Below are positions 16,241 through 30,600 of a stretch of DNA of 64,000 nucleotides, piece after piece. Source of the stretch: Eledone cirrhosa. Taxonomy: Eukaryota. Under the pieces are notes generated by a model. That model made no database searches. It was not told the origin of the DNA and worked only from the letters and a program-made list of their open reading frames with translations. Position 1 is the stretch's first letter. The number at the start of each line of letters is the position of its first letter. Location: NCBI GenBank assembly GCA_964016885.1, contig OZ024743.1, positions 138,756,001-138,820,000 of the forward strand, read 5' to 3'. Made by a program: the position numbers and the translations under genes.

Positions 16241-19200
16241 AAACACCAAACACCAAACAGCAAACACCAAACACCAAACAGCGAACACCAAACAGCAAAC
16301 ACCAAACAGCAAACAGCAAGCAACAAACACCAAACACCAAACACCAAGCACCAAACTCCAAACACCAAGCACCAAGCACCAAGCACAAAACACCAAGCAC
16401 CAAGCGCTAAACATAAAACACTAAGCACCAAGCACCAAGCACCAAGCACCAAACACCAAACATCAAACACCAATCACCAAACATCAAACAGCAAACACCA
16501 AACACCAAACACCAAACATCAAACACCAAATAGCAAACAACAAACAACAAACGCCAAACATCAAACGCCAAACACCAAACACCAAATAGCAAACACCAGA
16601 CCGCAAACACCAAACACCAAACAGCAAACACCAAACACCAAACAGCGAACACCAAACAGCAAACACCAAACAGCAAACACCAAACACCAAACACCAAACA
16701 CCAAGCACCAAGCACCAAGCACAAAACACCAAGCACCAAGCACCAAACACCAAGCACCAAACACCAAACACCAAGCACCAAGCGCCAAACACCAAGCACC
16801 GAGCACCAAGCACGAAACACCAAGCACCAAACACCAAACAGCAAACACCAATCACCAAACACCAAACACCAAACACCAAACACCAATCACCAAACACCAA
16901 ACACCAAACACCAAACACCAAACACCAAACACCAAACAGTAAACACCAAACACCAAACAGCAAACACCAAACACCAAACACCAAATAGCAAACACCAAAC
17001 AGCAAACACCAAACAGCAAACACCAAACAGCAAACACCAAACAGCAAACAGCAAACACCAAGCACCAAGCAGCAAAAACACCAAGCACCAAGCAACAAGC
17101 ACCAATCACCAAGCACCAAGCACTAAACGCCAAGCACCAAGCACCAAACACCAAGCACCAAGCACCAAGAACCAAACACCAAGCACCAAAGACCAAGCAC
17201 CAAATACCAAGCACCAAGCACCAAACACCAATCACCAAGCACCAACCACCAAACACCAAGAACCAAGCACCAATCACTAAACACCAAACACCAAGCACCA
17301 AGCACCAAACACCAAACACCAAGCACCAAGTAGTAAACTCCAAACACCAAACACCAAGCACCAAGCACCAAATCCCAAGCACCAAACACCAAGCACCACA
17401 CATCAAACACCAAGCACCAAGCACCAATCGCCAAGCACCAAGCACCAAGCAACAAACACAAAGCACCAAGCACCAAGCACCAAGCACGCAACACCAAACA
17501 CCAATCACCAAGCACCAAAGAGCAAACACGAAGCCCCAAGCACCAAACACCCAACACCAAACACCAAACATCAAACACCAATCACGAACCACCAAACAGC
17601 AAACATCAAACACCAAACACCAAACACCAAGCACCAAACACCAAACACCAAACACCAAGCACCAAGCACCAAACACCAAACACCAAGCACCAAGCACTAA
17701 ACACCAAACACCAAGCACCAAGCACCAAGCACCAAACACCAAGCACCAAGCACCAAGCACCAAACACCAAGCCCCAAGCACCAAACACCAAACACCAAGC
17801 ACCAAACACCAAGCACCAAACAGCAAGCACCAAGCACCAAGCACCAGACTCCAAGCACCGAGCACCAAACACCAAACACCAAGCACCAAGCACTAAACAC
17901 CAAACACCAAGCACCAAGCACCAAGCACCAAGCACCAAACACCAAGCACCAAGCACCAAGCACCAAGCACCAAGCACCAAACACCAAGCACCAAGCACCA
18001 AGCACCAAACACCAAGCACCAAACACCAAACACCAAGCACCAATCACCAAACACCAAATAGCAAGCACCAAACACCAAGCACCAAACCCCAAGCACCAAA
18101 CACCAAGCACCAAGCACCAAACAGCAAGCACCAAGCACCAAGCACCATGCAACAAACACCAAGCACCAAGCACCAAACAGCAAACACCAAACAGCAAACA
18201 CCAAACACCAAACACCAAACAGCAAACACCAAACACTAAGCACCAAACACCAAACAGCAAACGCCAAAAAGCAAACGCCAAAGCCCATACGCCAAACAGC
18301 AAATGCCAAACCCCAAACGCCAAACAGCAAGCACCAAACACCAAACATCAAGCGCCAAGCACCAAACACCAAACACCAAGCACCAAGCACCAAACACCAA
18401 ACACCAAGCACAAATCACCAAACACCAAGCACCAAGCGCCAAGCACCAAACACCAAACACCTAGCACCAAGCACCAAGCACCAAACACCAAGCACCAAAC
18501 ACCAATCACCAAGCTCCAAGCACCAAACACCAAACACCAAGCACCAAACACCAAACACCAAGCACCAAGCACCCAGAACCAAGCACCAAGCACCAAACAC
18601 CAAGCACCAAGCACCGAGCACCAAACACCTAGTACCAAGCACCAATCACCAAACACCAAGCACCAAGCACCAAACACCAAACACCAATCACCAAGCACCA
18701 AGCACCAAACACCAAGAACCAAGCACCAAGCACTAAACACCAAACACCAAGCACCAAACACCAAACACCAAACACCAAGCACCAAGTACCAAACTCCAAA
18801 CACCAAACACCAAGCACCAAGCACCAAATCCCAAGCACCAAACACCAAGCACCAATCACCAAACACCAAACACCAAGCACCAAGCACCAAACACTAAAAA
18901 CCAAGCACCAAGCACCAAGCACCAAACACCAAACGCCAAACACCGAACACCAAGTACCAAGCACCAAACACCAAGCACCAATCGCCAAAGACCAAACACC
19001 AAGCACCAAGCACGAAACACCAAGTACCAAGCACCAATCACCAAACACCAAGCACCAAGCACCAAACATCAAACACCAAGCACCAAGCACCAAACACCAA
19101 ACACCAAGCACCAAGCACCACACACCAAATACCAAGCACCAAGCACTAAACACCAAACACCAAGCACCAAGCACCAAGCATCAAGCACCAAGCACCAAAC

Positions 19201-22200
19201 ACCAAACACCAAACACCAAGCACCAAAAACCAAGCACCAAGCTCCAAGCACCAAACACCAAGCACCAAACACCAAACACCAAGCACCAATCACCAAGCAC
19301 CAAACACCAAGCACCAAGCACCAAGCACCAAGCACCAAACACCAAGCACCAAGCACCAAACAGCAAACACCAAGCACCAAACACCAAACACCAAGCACCA
19401 AGCAACAAACAACAAACACCAAGCACCAAACACCAAGCACCAAGCCCCAAGCACCAAACACCAAGCACCGAGCACCAAACACCAAGCACCAAGCACCAAG
19501 CACCATGAACCAAACACCAAGCACCAAGCACCAAACAGCAAACGCCAAACAGCAAACACCAAACAGCAAACACCAAACAGCAAACACCAAACACCAAACA
19601 CCAAACAGCAAACGCCAAAAAGCAAACGCCAAACCCCAAACGCCAAACAGCAAATGCCAAACCCCAAACGCCAAACAGCAAACGCCAAGCACCAAACACC
19701 AAACACCAAGCGCCAAGCACCAAACACCAAACACCAAGCACCAAGCACCAAACACCAAACACCAAGCACCAATTACCAAACACCAAACACCAAGCGCGAA
19801 ACACCAAACACCAAACACCTAGCACCAAGCACCAAGCACCAAACACCAAGCACCAAACACCAAGCACCAAGCACCAAGCACCAAGCACCAAGCACCAAAC
19901 ACCAATCACCAAGCCCCAAGCACCAAACACCAAGCACCCAGCACCAAACACCAAACACCAAGCACCAAGCACCCAGAACAAAGCACCAAGCACCAAACAC
20001 CAAACACCAAGCTCCAAGCACCAAACACCAAACACCAAGCACCAAGCACCAAGCACCAAACACCAAACACCAAGCTCCAAGCACCAAACACCAAACGCCA
20101 AGCACCAAGCACCAAACACCAATCACCAAGCACCAAGCACCAAACCCCAAGCACCAAGCACCAAGCACCAATCACCAAACACCAAACACTAAGAACCAAG
20201 CACCAAGCACCAAACCCCAAGCACCAAACACCAAGCACCAATCACCAAACACCGAACACCAAGAACCAAGCACCAAGCAGCAAACACCAAGCACCAAGCA
20301 CCAAGCACCAAGCACCAAACACCAAGCACCAAGTACCACACACCAAACACCAAGCACCAAGCACCAAACACCAAACACCAAACACCAGGCACCAAGCACC
20401 AATCACCAAGCACCAAGCAAAAACACAAAGCACCAAGCACGAAGCACCAAACACCAAACACCAAACACCAGGCACCAAGCACCAAGCACCAAGCAGCAAG
20501 CACCAAGCACCAAACACCAAACACCAAGCCCAAATCACCAAAGAGCAAAAACAAAACACCAAGCACCAAACACCAAACACCAAGCACCAAACACCAAACA
20601 CCAAACACCAAATAGCAAAAACCAAAGAGCAAACTCCAAGCACCAAACAGCAAACACAAAACACCAAACAGCAAACACCAAACAGCAAACTCCAAACACC
20701 AAACACCAAGCACCAAGCACCAAATCCCAAGCACCAAACACCAAGCACCAATCACCAAACACCAAGCACCAAGCACCAAACACCAAACACCAAGCACCAA
20801 GTACCAAACACCAAACACCAAGCACCAAACACTAAACAGCAAACGCAAAAAAGCAAATGCCAAACCCCAAACGCCAAACAGCAAACGCCCAGCACCAAAC
20901 ACCAAACACCAAGCGCCAAGCACCAAACACCAAACACCAAGCACCAAGCACCAAACACCAAACACCAAGCACAAATCACCAAACACCAAACACCAAGCGC
21001 CAAACACCAAACACCAAACACCTAGCACCAAGCACCAAGCACCAAACACCAAGCACCAAACACCAAGCACCAAGCACCAAGCACCAAGCACCAAGCACCA
21101 AACACCAATCACCAAGCCCCAAGCATCAAACACCAAGCACCCAGCACCAAACACCAAACACCAAGCACCAAGCACCCAGAACAAAGCACCAAGCACCAAA
21201 CACCAAACACCAAGCTCCAAGCACCAAACACCAAACACCAAGCACCAAGCACCAAGCACCAAACACCAAACACCAAGCACCAAGCACCAAACACCAAACA
21301 CCAAGCACCAATCACCAAACACCAAGCCCCAAGCGCCAAACACCAAACACCAAACACCTAGCACCAAGCACCAAGCACCGAACACCAAGCACCAAACACC
21401 AAGCACCAAGCACCAAGCACCAAGCACCAAGCACCAAACACCAATCACCAAGCCCCAAGCACCAAACACCAAGCACCAAGCACCAAACACCAAACACCAA
21501 GCACCAAGCACCCAGAACCAAGCACCAAGCACCAAACACCAAACTACCAAGCACCAAGCACCAAACACCAAACACCAAGCACCAAGCACCAAGCACCAAG
21601 CACCAAACACCATACACCAAGCACCAAGCACCAAACACCAAAAACCAATCACCAAATAGCAAACACTAAACACCAAGCACCAAAGAGCAAACACCAAGCC
21701 CCAAGCACCAAACACCAAACACCAAACACCAAATAGCAAACACTAAACACCAAACACCAAACAGCAAACACAAAACACCAAATAGCAAACACCAAACACC
21801 AAACACCAAACACCAAACAGCAAACACCAAACACCAAACACCAAACAGCAAACACCAAACAGCAAACACCAAACAGCAAACAGCAAACACCAAACACCAA
21901 ACACCAAGCACCAAGCACCAAACAACAACACCAAGCACCAAGCACCAAACACCAAGCACCAAGCACCAAACACCAAACACCAAGCACCAAGCACCAAATA
22001 CCAATCACCAAGCACCAAGCACCAAACCCCAAGCACCAAACACCAAGCACAAAACACCAAGCACCAAGCACCAAACACCAAACATCAAACACCAATCACC
22101 AAACATCAAACAGCAAACACCAAACACCAAACACCAAACATCAAACACCAAACAGCAAACAACAAACAACAAACGCCAAACATCAAACGCCAAACACCAA

Positions 22201-25200
22201 ACACCAAATAGCAAACACCAAACCGCAAACACCAAACACCAAACAGCAAACACCAAACACCAAACAGCGAACACCAAACAGCAAACACCAAACAGCAAAC
22301 AGCAAGCAACAAACACCAAACACCAAACACCAAGCACCAAACTCCAAACACCAAGCACCAAGCACCAAGCACAAAACACCAAGCACCAAGCGCTAAACAT
22401 AAAACACTAAGCACCAAGCACCAAGCACCAAGCACCAAACACCAAACATCAAACACCAATCACCAAACATCAAACAGCAAACACCAAACACCAAACACCA
22501 AACATCAAACACCAAATAGCAAACAACAAACAACAAACGCCAAACATCAAACGCCAAACACCAAACACCAAATAGCAAACACCAGACCGCAAACACCAAA
22601 CACCAAACAGCAAACACCAAACACCAAACAGCGAACACCAAACAGCAAACACCAAACAGCAAACACCAAACACCAAACACCAAACACCAAGCACCAAGCA
22701 CCAAGCACAAAACACCAAGCACCAAGCACCAAACACCAAGCACCAAACACCAAACACCAAGCACCAAGCGCCAAACACCAAGCACCGAGCACCAAGCACG
22801 AAACACCAAGCACCAAACACCAAACAGCAAACACCAATCACCAAACACCAAACACCAAACACCAAACACCAATCACCAAACACCAAACACCAAACACCAA
22901 ACACCAAACACCAAACACCAAACAGTAAACACCAAACACCAAACAGCAAACACCAAACACCAAACACCAAATAGCAAACAGCAAACAGCAAACACCAAAC
23001 AGCAAACACCAAACAGCAAACACCAAACAGCAAACAGCAAACACCAAGCACCAAGCAGCAAAAACACCAAGCACCAAGCAACAAGCACCAATCACCAAGC
23101 ACCAAGCACTAAACGCCAAGCACCAAGCACCAAACACCAAGCACCAAGCACCAAGAACCAAACACCAAGCACCAAAGACCAAGCACCAAATACCAAGCAC
23201 CAATCACTAAACACCAAACACCAAGCACCAAGCACCAAACACCAAACACCAAGCACCAAGTAGTAAACTCCAAACACCAAACACCAAGCACCAAGCACCA
23301 AATCCCAAGCACCAAACACCAAGCACCACACATCAAACACCAAGCACCAAGCACCAATCGCCAAGCACCAAGCACCAAGCAACAAACACAAAGCACCAAG
23401 CACCAAGCACCAAGCACGCAACACCAAACACCAATCACCAAGCACCAAAGAGCAAACACGAAGCCCCAAGCACCAAACACCCAACACCAAACACCAAACA
23501 TCAAACACCAATCACGAACCACCAAACAGCAAACATCAAACACCAAACACCAAACACCAAGCACCAAACACCAAACACCAAACACCAAGCACCAAGCACC
23601 AAACACCAAACACCAAGCACCAAGCACTAAACACCAAACACCAAGCACCAAGCACCAAGCACCAAACACCAAGCACCAAGCACCAAGCACCAAACACCAA
23701 GCCCCAAGCACCAAACACCAAACACCAAGCACCAAACACCAAGCACCAAACAGCAAGCACCAAGCACCAAGCACCAGACTCCAAGCACCGAGCACCAAAC
23801 ACCAAACACCAAGCACCAAGCACTAAACACCAAACACCAAGCACCAAGCACCAAGCACCAAGCACCAAACACCAAGCACCAAGCACCAAGCACCAAGCAC
23901 CAAGCACCAAACACCAAGCACCAAGCACCAAGCACCAAACACCAAGCACCAAACACCAAACACCAAGCACCAATCACCAAACACCAAATAGCAAGCACCA
24001 AACACCAAGCACCAAACCCCAAGCACCAAACACCAAGCACCAAGCACCAAACAGCAAGCACCAAGCACCAAGCACCATGCAACAAACACCAAGCACCAAG
24101 CACCAAACAGCAAACACCAAACAGCAAACACCAAACACCAAACACCAAACAGCAAACACCAAACACTAAGCACCAAACACCAAACAGCAAACGCCAAAAA
24201 GCAAACGCCAAAGCCCATACGCCAAACAGCAAATGCCAAACCCCAAACGCCAAACAGCAAGCACCAAACACCAAACATCAAGCGCCAAGCACCAAACACC
24301 AAACACCAAGCACCAAGCACCAAACACCAAACACCAAGCACAAATCACCAAACACCAAGCACCAAGCGCCAAGCACCAAACACCAAACACCTAGCACCAA
24401 GCACCAAGCACCAAACACCAAGCACCAAACACCAATCACCAAGCTCCAAGCACCAAACACCAAACACCAAGCACCAAACACCAAACACCAAGCACCAAGC
24501 ACCCAGAACCAAGCACCAAGCACCAAACACCAAGCACCAAGCACCGAGCACCAAACACCTAGTACCAAGCACCAATCACCAAACACCAAGCACCAAGCAC
24601 CAAACACCAAACACCAATCACCAAGCACCAAGCACCAAACACCAAGAACCAAGCACCAAGCACTAAACACCAAACACCAAGCACCAAACACCAAACACCA
24701 AACACCAAGCACCAAGTACCAAACTCCAAACACCAAACACCAAGCACCAAGCACCAAATCCCAAGCACCAAACACCAAGCACCAATCACCAAACACCAAA
24801 CACCAAGCACCAAGCACCAAACACTAAAAACCAAGCACCAAGCACCAAGCACCAAACACCAAACGCCAAACACCGAACACCAAGTACCAAGCACCAAACA
24901 CCAAGCACCAATCGCCAAAGACCAAACACCAAGCACCAAGCACGAAACACCAAGTACCAAGCACCAATCACCAAACACCAAGCACCAAGCACCAAACATC
25001 AAACACCAAGCACCAAGCACCAAACACCAAATACCAAGCACCAAGCACTAAACACCAAACACCAAGCACCAAGCACCAAGCATCAAGCACCAAGCACCAA
25101 ACACCAAACACCAAACACCAAGCACCAAAAACCAAGCACCAAGCTCCAAGCACCAAACACCAAGCACCAAACACCAAACACCAAGCACCAATCACCAAGC

Positions 25201-27690
25201 ACCAAACACCAAGCACCAAGCACCAAGCACCAAGCACCAAACACCAAGCACCAAGCACCAAACAGCAAACACCAAGCACCAAACACCAAACACCAAGCAC
25301 CAAGCAACAAACAACAAACACCAAGCACCAAACACCAAGCACCAAGCCCCAAGCACCAAACACCAAGCACCGAGCACCAAACACCAAGCACCAAGCACCA
25401 AGCACCATGAACCAAACACCAAGCACCAAGCACCAAACAGCAAACGCCAAACAGCAAACACCAAACAGCAAACACCAAACAGCAAACACCAAACACCAAA
25501 CACCAAACAGCAAACGCCAAAAAGCAAACGCCAAACCCCAAACGCCAAACAGCAAATGCCAAACCCCAAACGCCAAACAGCAAACGCCAAGCACCAAACA
25601 CCAAACACCAAGCGCCAAGCACCAAACACCAAACACCAAGCACCAAGCACCAAACACCAAACACCAAGCACCAATTACCAAACACCAAACACCAAGCGCG
25701 AAACACCAAACACCAAACACCTAGCACCAAGCACCAAGCACCAAGCACCAAGCACCAAGCACCAAACACCAATCACCAAGCCCCAAGCACCAAACACCAA
25801 GCACCCAGCACCAAACACCAAACACCAAGCACCAAGCACCCAGAACAAAGCACCAAGCACCAAACACCAAACACCAAGCTCCAAGCACCAAACACCAAAC
25901 ACCAAGCACCAAGCACCAAGCACCAAACACCAAACACCAAGCTCCAAGCACCAAACACCAAACGCCAAGCACCAAGCACCAAACACCAATCACCAAGCAC
26001 CAAGCACCAAACCCCAAGCACCAAGCACCAAGCACCAATCACCAAACACCAAACACTAAGAACCAAGCACCAAGCACCAAACCCCAAGCACCAAACACCA
26101 AGCACCAATCACCAAACACCGAACACCAAGAACCAAGCACCAAGCAGCAAACACCAAGCACCAAGCACCAAGCACCAAGCACCAAACACCAAGCACCAAG
26201 TACCACACACCAAACACCAAGCACCAAGCACCAAACACCAAACACCAAACACCAGGCACCAAGCACCAATCACCAAGCATCAAGCAAAAACACAAAGCAC
26301 CAAGCACGAAGCACCAAACACCAAACACCAAACACCAGGCACCAAGCACCAAGCACCAAGCAGCAAGCACCAAGCACCAAACACCAAACACCAAGCCCAA
26401 ATCACCAAAGAGCAAAAACAAAACACCAAGCACCAAACACCAAACACCAAGCACCAAACACCAAACACCAAACACCAAATAGCAAAAACCAAAGAGCAAA
26501 CTCCAAGCACCAAACAGCAAACACAAAACACCAAACAGCAAACTCCAAACACCAAATCCCAAGCACCAAACACCAAGCACCAATCACCAAACACCAAGCA
26601 CCAAGGACCAAACACCAAACACCAAGCACCAAGTACCAAACACCAAACACCAAGCACCAAACACTAAACAGCAAACGCAAAAAAGCAAATGCCAAACCCC
26701 AAACGCCAAACAGCAAACGCCCAGCACCAAACACCAAACACCAAGCGCCAAGCACCAAACACCAAACACCAAGCACCAAGCACCAAACACCAAACACCAA
26801 GCACAAATCACCAAACACCAAACACCAAGCGCCAAACACCAAACACCAAACACCTAGCACCAAGCACCAAGCACCAAACACCAAGCACCAAACACCAAGC
26901 ACCAAGCACCAAGCACCAAGCACCAAGCACCAAACACCAATCACCAAGCCCCAAGCATCAAACACCAAGCACCCAGCACCAAACACCAAACACCAAGCAC
27001 CAAGCACCCAGAACAAAGCACCAAGCACCAAACACCAAACACCAAGCTCCAAGCACCAAACACCAAACACCAAGCACCAAGCACCAAGCACCAAACACCA
27101 AACACCAAGCACCAAGCACCAAACACCAAACACCAAGCACCAATCACCAAACACCAAGCCCCAAGCGCCAAACACCAAACACCAAACACCTAGCACCAAG
27201 CACCAAGCACCGAACACCAAGCACCAAACACCAAGCACCAAGCACCAAGCACCAAGCACCAAGCACCAAACACCAATCACCAAGCCCCAAGCACCAAACA
27301 CCAAGCACCAAGCACCAAACACCAAACACCAAGCACCAAGCACCCAGAACCAAGCACCAAGCACCAAACACCAAACTACCAAGCACCAAGCACCAAACAC
27401 CAAACACCAAGCACCAAGCACCAAGCACCAAGCACCAAACACCATACACCAAGCACCAAGCACCAAACACCAAAAACCAATCACCAAATAGCAAACACTA
27501 AACACCAAGCACCAAAGAGCAAACACCAAGCCCCAAGCACCAAACACCAAACACCAAACACCAAACAGCAAACACCAAACAGCAAACACCAAACAGCAAA
27601 CAGCAAACACCAAACACCAAACACCAAGCACCAAGCACCAAACAACAACACCAAGCACCAAGCACCAAACACCAAGCACCAAGCACCAAA
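15978..27690 (+). repeat. Higher-order tandem duplication, ~6.0-kb unit (approx. 15978-21963 / 21964-27690)
   Basis: Collinear markers with stepwise offsets: 5986 (16013/21999, 16407/22393), 5930 (17606/23536), 5902 (19505/25407), 5867 (19906/25773), 5832 (20857/26689), 5720 (CAACAA 21923/27643). Confidence 0.92.
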
Positions 27691-30600
27691 CACCTAACAC
27701 CAAGCTCCAAGCACCAAACACCATACACCAAGCACCAAGCTCCAAACACCAATCACCAAGCACCAAGCACCAAACCCCAAGCACCAAACACCAAGCACAA
27801 ATCACCAAACACCAAACACCCAGCACCAAGCACCAAACACCAAGCACCAAGCACCAAGCACCAAACACCAAGCACCAAGTACCAAACACCAAACACCAAG
27901 CACCAAGTACCAAACACCAAACACCAAGCACCAAGCACCAAACACCAAACACCAAGCACCAAGCACCAAACACCAAAAACCAGGCTCCAAGCACAAAACA
28001 CCAAGCACCAAGCACCAAGCAACAAACACCAAACACCAAGCACCAAACACCAAGCACCAAGCCCCAAGCACCAAACACCAAGCACCAAGCACCAAACACC
28101 AAGCACCAAGCACCAAGCACCATGCACCAAACACCAAGCACCAAGCACCAAACAGCGAACACCAAACAGCAAACACCAAACAGCAAACACCAAACACCAA
28201 ACACCAAACACCAAGCACCAAGCACCAAACACCATACGCCAAACACCAAACACCAAGCACCAAGCACCAAACACCAAGCACCAAGCACCAAAGACCAAAC
28301 ACCAAGCACCAAGCACGAAACACCAAGCACCAAGCACCGAGCACCAAACACCAAACACCAAACACCAAGCACCAAGCACCAAACACCAAACACCAAGAAC
28401 CAAGCACCAAACACCAAATACCAAGCACCAAGCACTAAACACCAAACACCAAGCACCAAACACCAAGCACCAAGCACCAAGCACCAAGCACCAAACACAA
28501 AACACCAAGTACCAAGCACCAAGCACCAAACACCAAACACCAAACACCAAGCACCAAGCACCAAACACCAAACACCAAGCACCAAGCACCAGAGACCAAG
28601 CACCAAGCACCAAGGACCAAACACCAAACACCAAACACCAGGCAAAAAGCACCAAACACCAAGCACCAAGCACCAAACACCAAAGACCAAGCACAAAGCA
28701 CCAAAGAGCAAAAACAAAGCACCAAGCACCAAACACCAAACACCAAACACCAAACAGCAAACACCAAACACCAAATAGCAAACACCAAAGGGCAAACTCC
28801 AAACACCAAACAGCAAACACAAAACACCAAACAGCAAACAACAAACAGCAAACAGCAAACAGCAAACAGCAAACAGCAAACACCAAACACCAAGCACCAA
28901 GCACCAAGCACCAAACACCAACACCAAGCACCAAGCACCAAACACCAAGCACCAAGCACCAAACACCAAACACCAAGCTCCAAGCACCAAAAAAAAAAAA
29001 CACCAAGCACCAAACCCCAAGCACCAAACACCTAGCACAAAACACCAAGCACCAAGCACCAAACACCAAACATCAAACACCAAACAGCAAACAACAAACA
29101 ACAAACGCCAAACATCAAACGCCAAACACCAAACGCCAAATAGCAAACACCAAACCGCAAACACCAAACACCAAACAGCAAACACCAAACACCAAACAGC
29201 GAACTCCAAACAGCAAACACCAAACAGCAAACAGCAAACAGCAAACACCAAACACCAAACACCAAGCACCAAACTCCAAACACCAAGCACCAAGCACCAA
29301 GCACAAAACACCAAGCACCAAGCGCTAAACATAAAACACTAAGCACCAAGCACCAAGCACCAAGCACCAAACACCAAACATCAAACACCAATCACCAAAC
29401 ATCAAACAGCAAACACCAAACACCAAACGCCAAACACAAACACCAAATAGCAAACACCAAACCGCAAACACCAAACACCAAACAGCAAACACCAAACACC
29501 AAACAGCGAACACCAAACAGCAAACACCAAACAGCAAACACCAAACACCAAGCACCAAACACCAAACACCAAGCACGAAGCACCAAGCACAAAACACCAA
29601 GCACCAAGCACCAAACACCAAGCACCAAACACCAAACACCAAGCACCAAGCGCCAAACACCAAGCACCAAGCACCAAGCACGAAACACCAAGCACCAATC
29701 ACCAAACACCAAACACCAAGCACCAAACACCAAACAGCAAACACCAATCACCAAACACCAAACACCAAACAGCAAACACCAATCACCAAACACCAAACAC
29801 CAAACACCAAACAGTAAACACCAAACACCAAACAGCAAACACCAAACACCAAACACCAAACAGCAAACACCAAACACCAAACACCAAACAGCAAACACCA
29901 AACAAACAGCAAACAGCAAACACCAAGCAGCAAACACCAAACACCAAACAACAAACGCCAAACAGCAAACGCCAACCACCAGATGCCAAACAGCAAACGC
30001 CAAACAGCAAACGCCAAACAGCAAACACCAAACACCAAACAGGAAACACCAAACACCAAACACCAAATAGCAAATACCAAACAGCAAACACCAAACAGCA
30101 AACACCAAACAGCAAACACCAGACAGCAAACAGCAAACACCAAACACCAAACACCAAGCACCAAGCACCAAACACCAAGCACCAAGCAACAAGCACCAAT
30201 CACCAAGCACCAAGCACTAAACACCAAACACCAAGCACCAAGCACCAAGCACCAAACAGCAAGCACCAAGCACCATGCACCAAACGCCAAGCACCAAGCA
30301 CCAAACACCAAGCACCAAGCACCAAGCACCAAACACCAAGCACCAAAGACCAAGCACCAAATACCAAGCACCAAGCACCAAACACCAATCACCAAGCCCC
30401 AAGCACCAAACACCAAGCACCCAGCACCAAACACCAAACACCAAGCACCAAGCACCCAGAACAAAGCACCAAGCACCAAACACCAAACACCAAGCTCCAA
30501 GCACCAAACACCAAACACCAAGCACCAAGCACCAAGCACCAAACACCAAACACCAAGCTCCAAGCACCAAACACCAAACACCAAGCACCAAGCACCAAAC

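Noticed and set aside
28989-29000. Poly(A) tracts as LINE/SINE tails or intrinsic terminators
   Set aside because: There is no element body, no distinguishable target-site duplication and no hairpin. The flanks are ordinary monomers.
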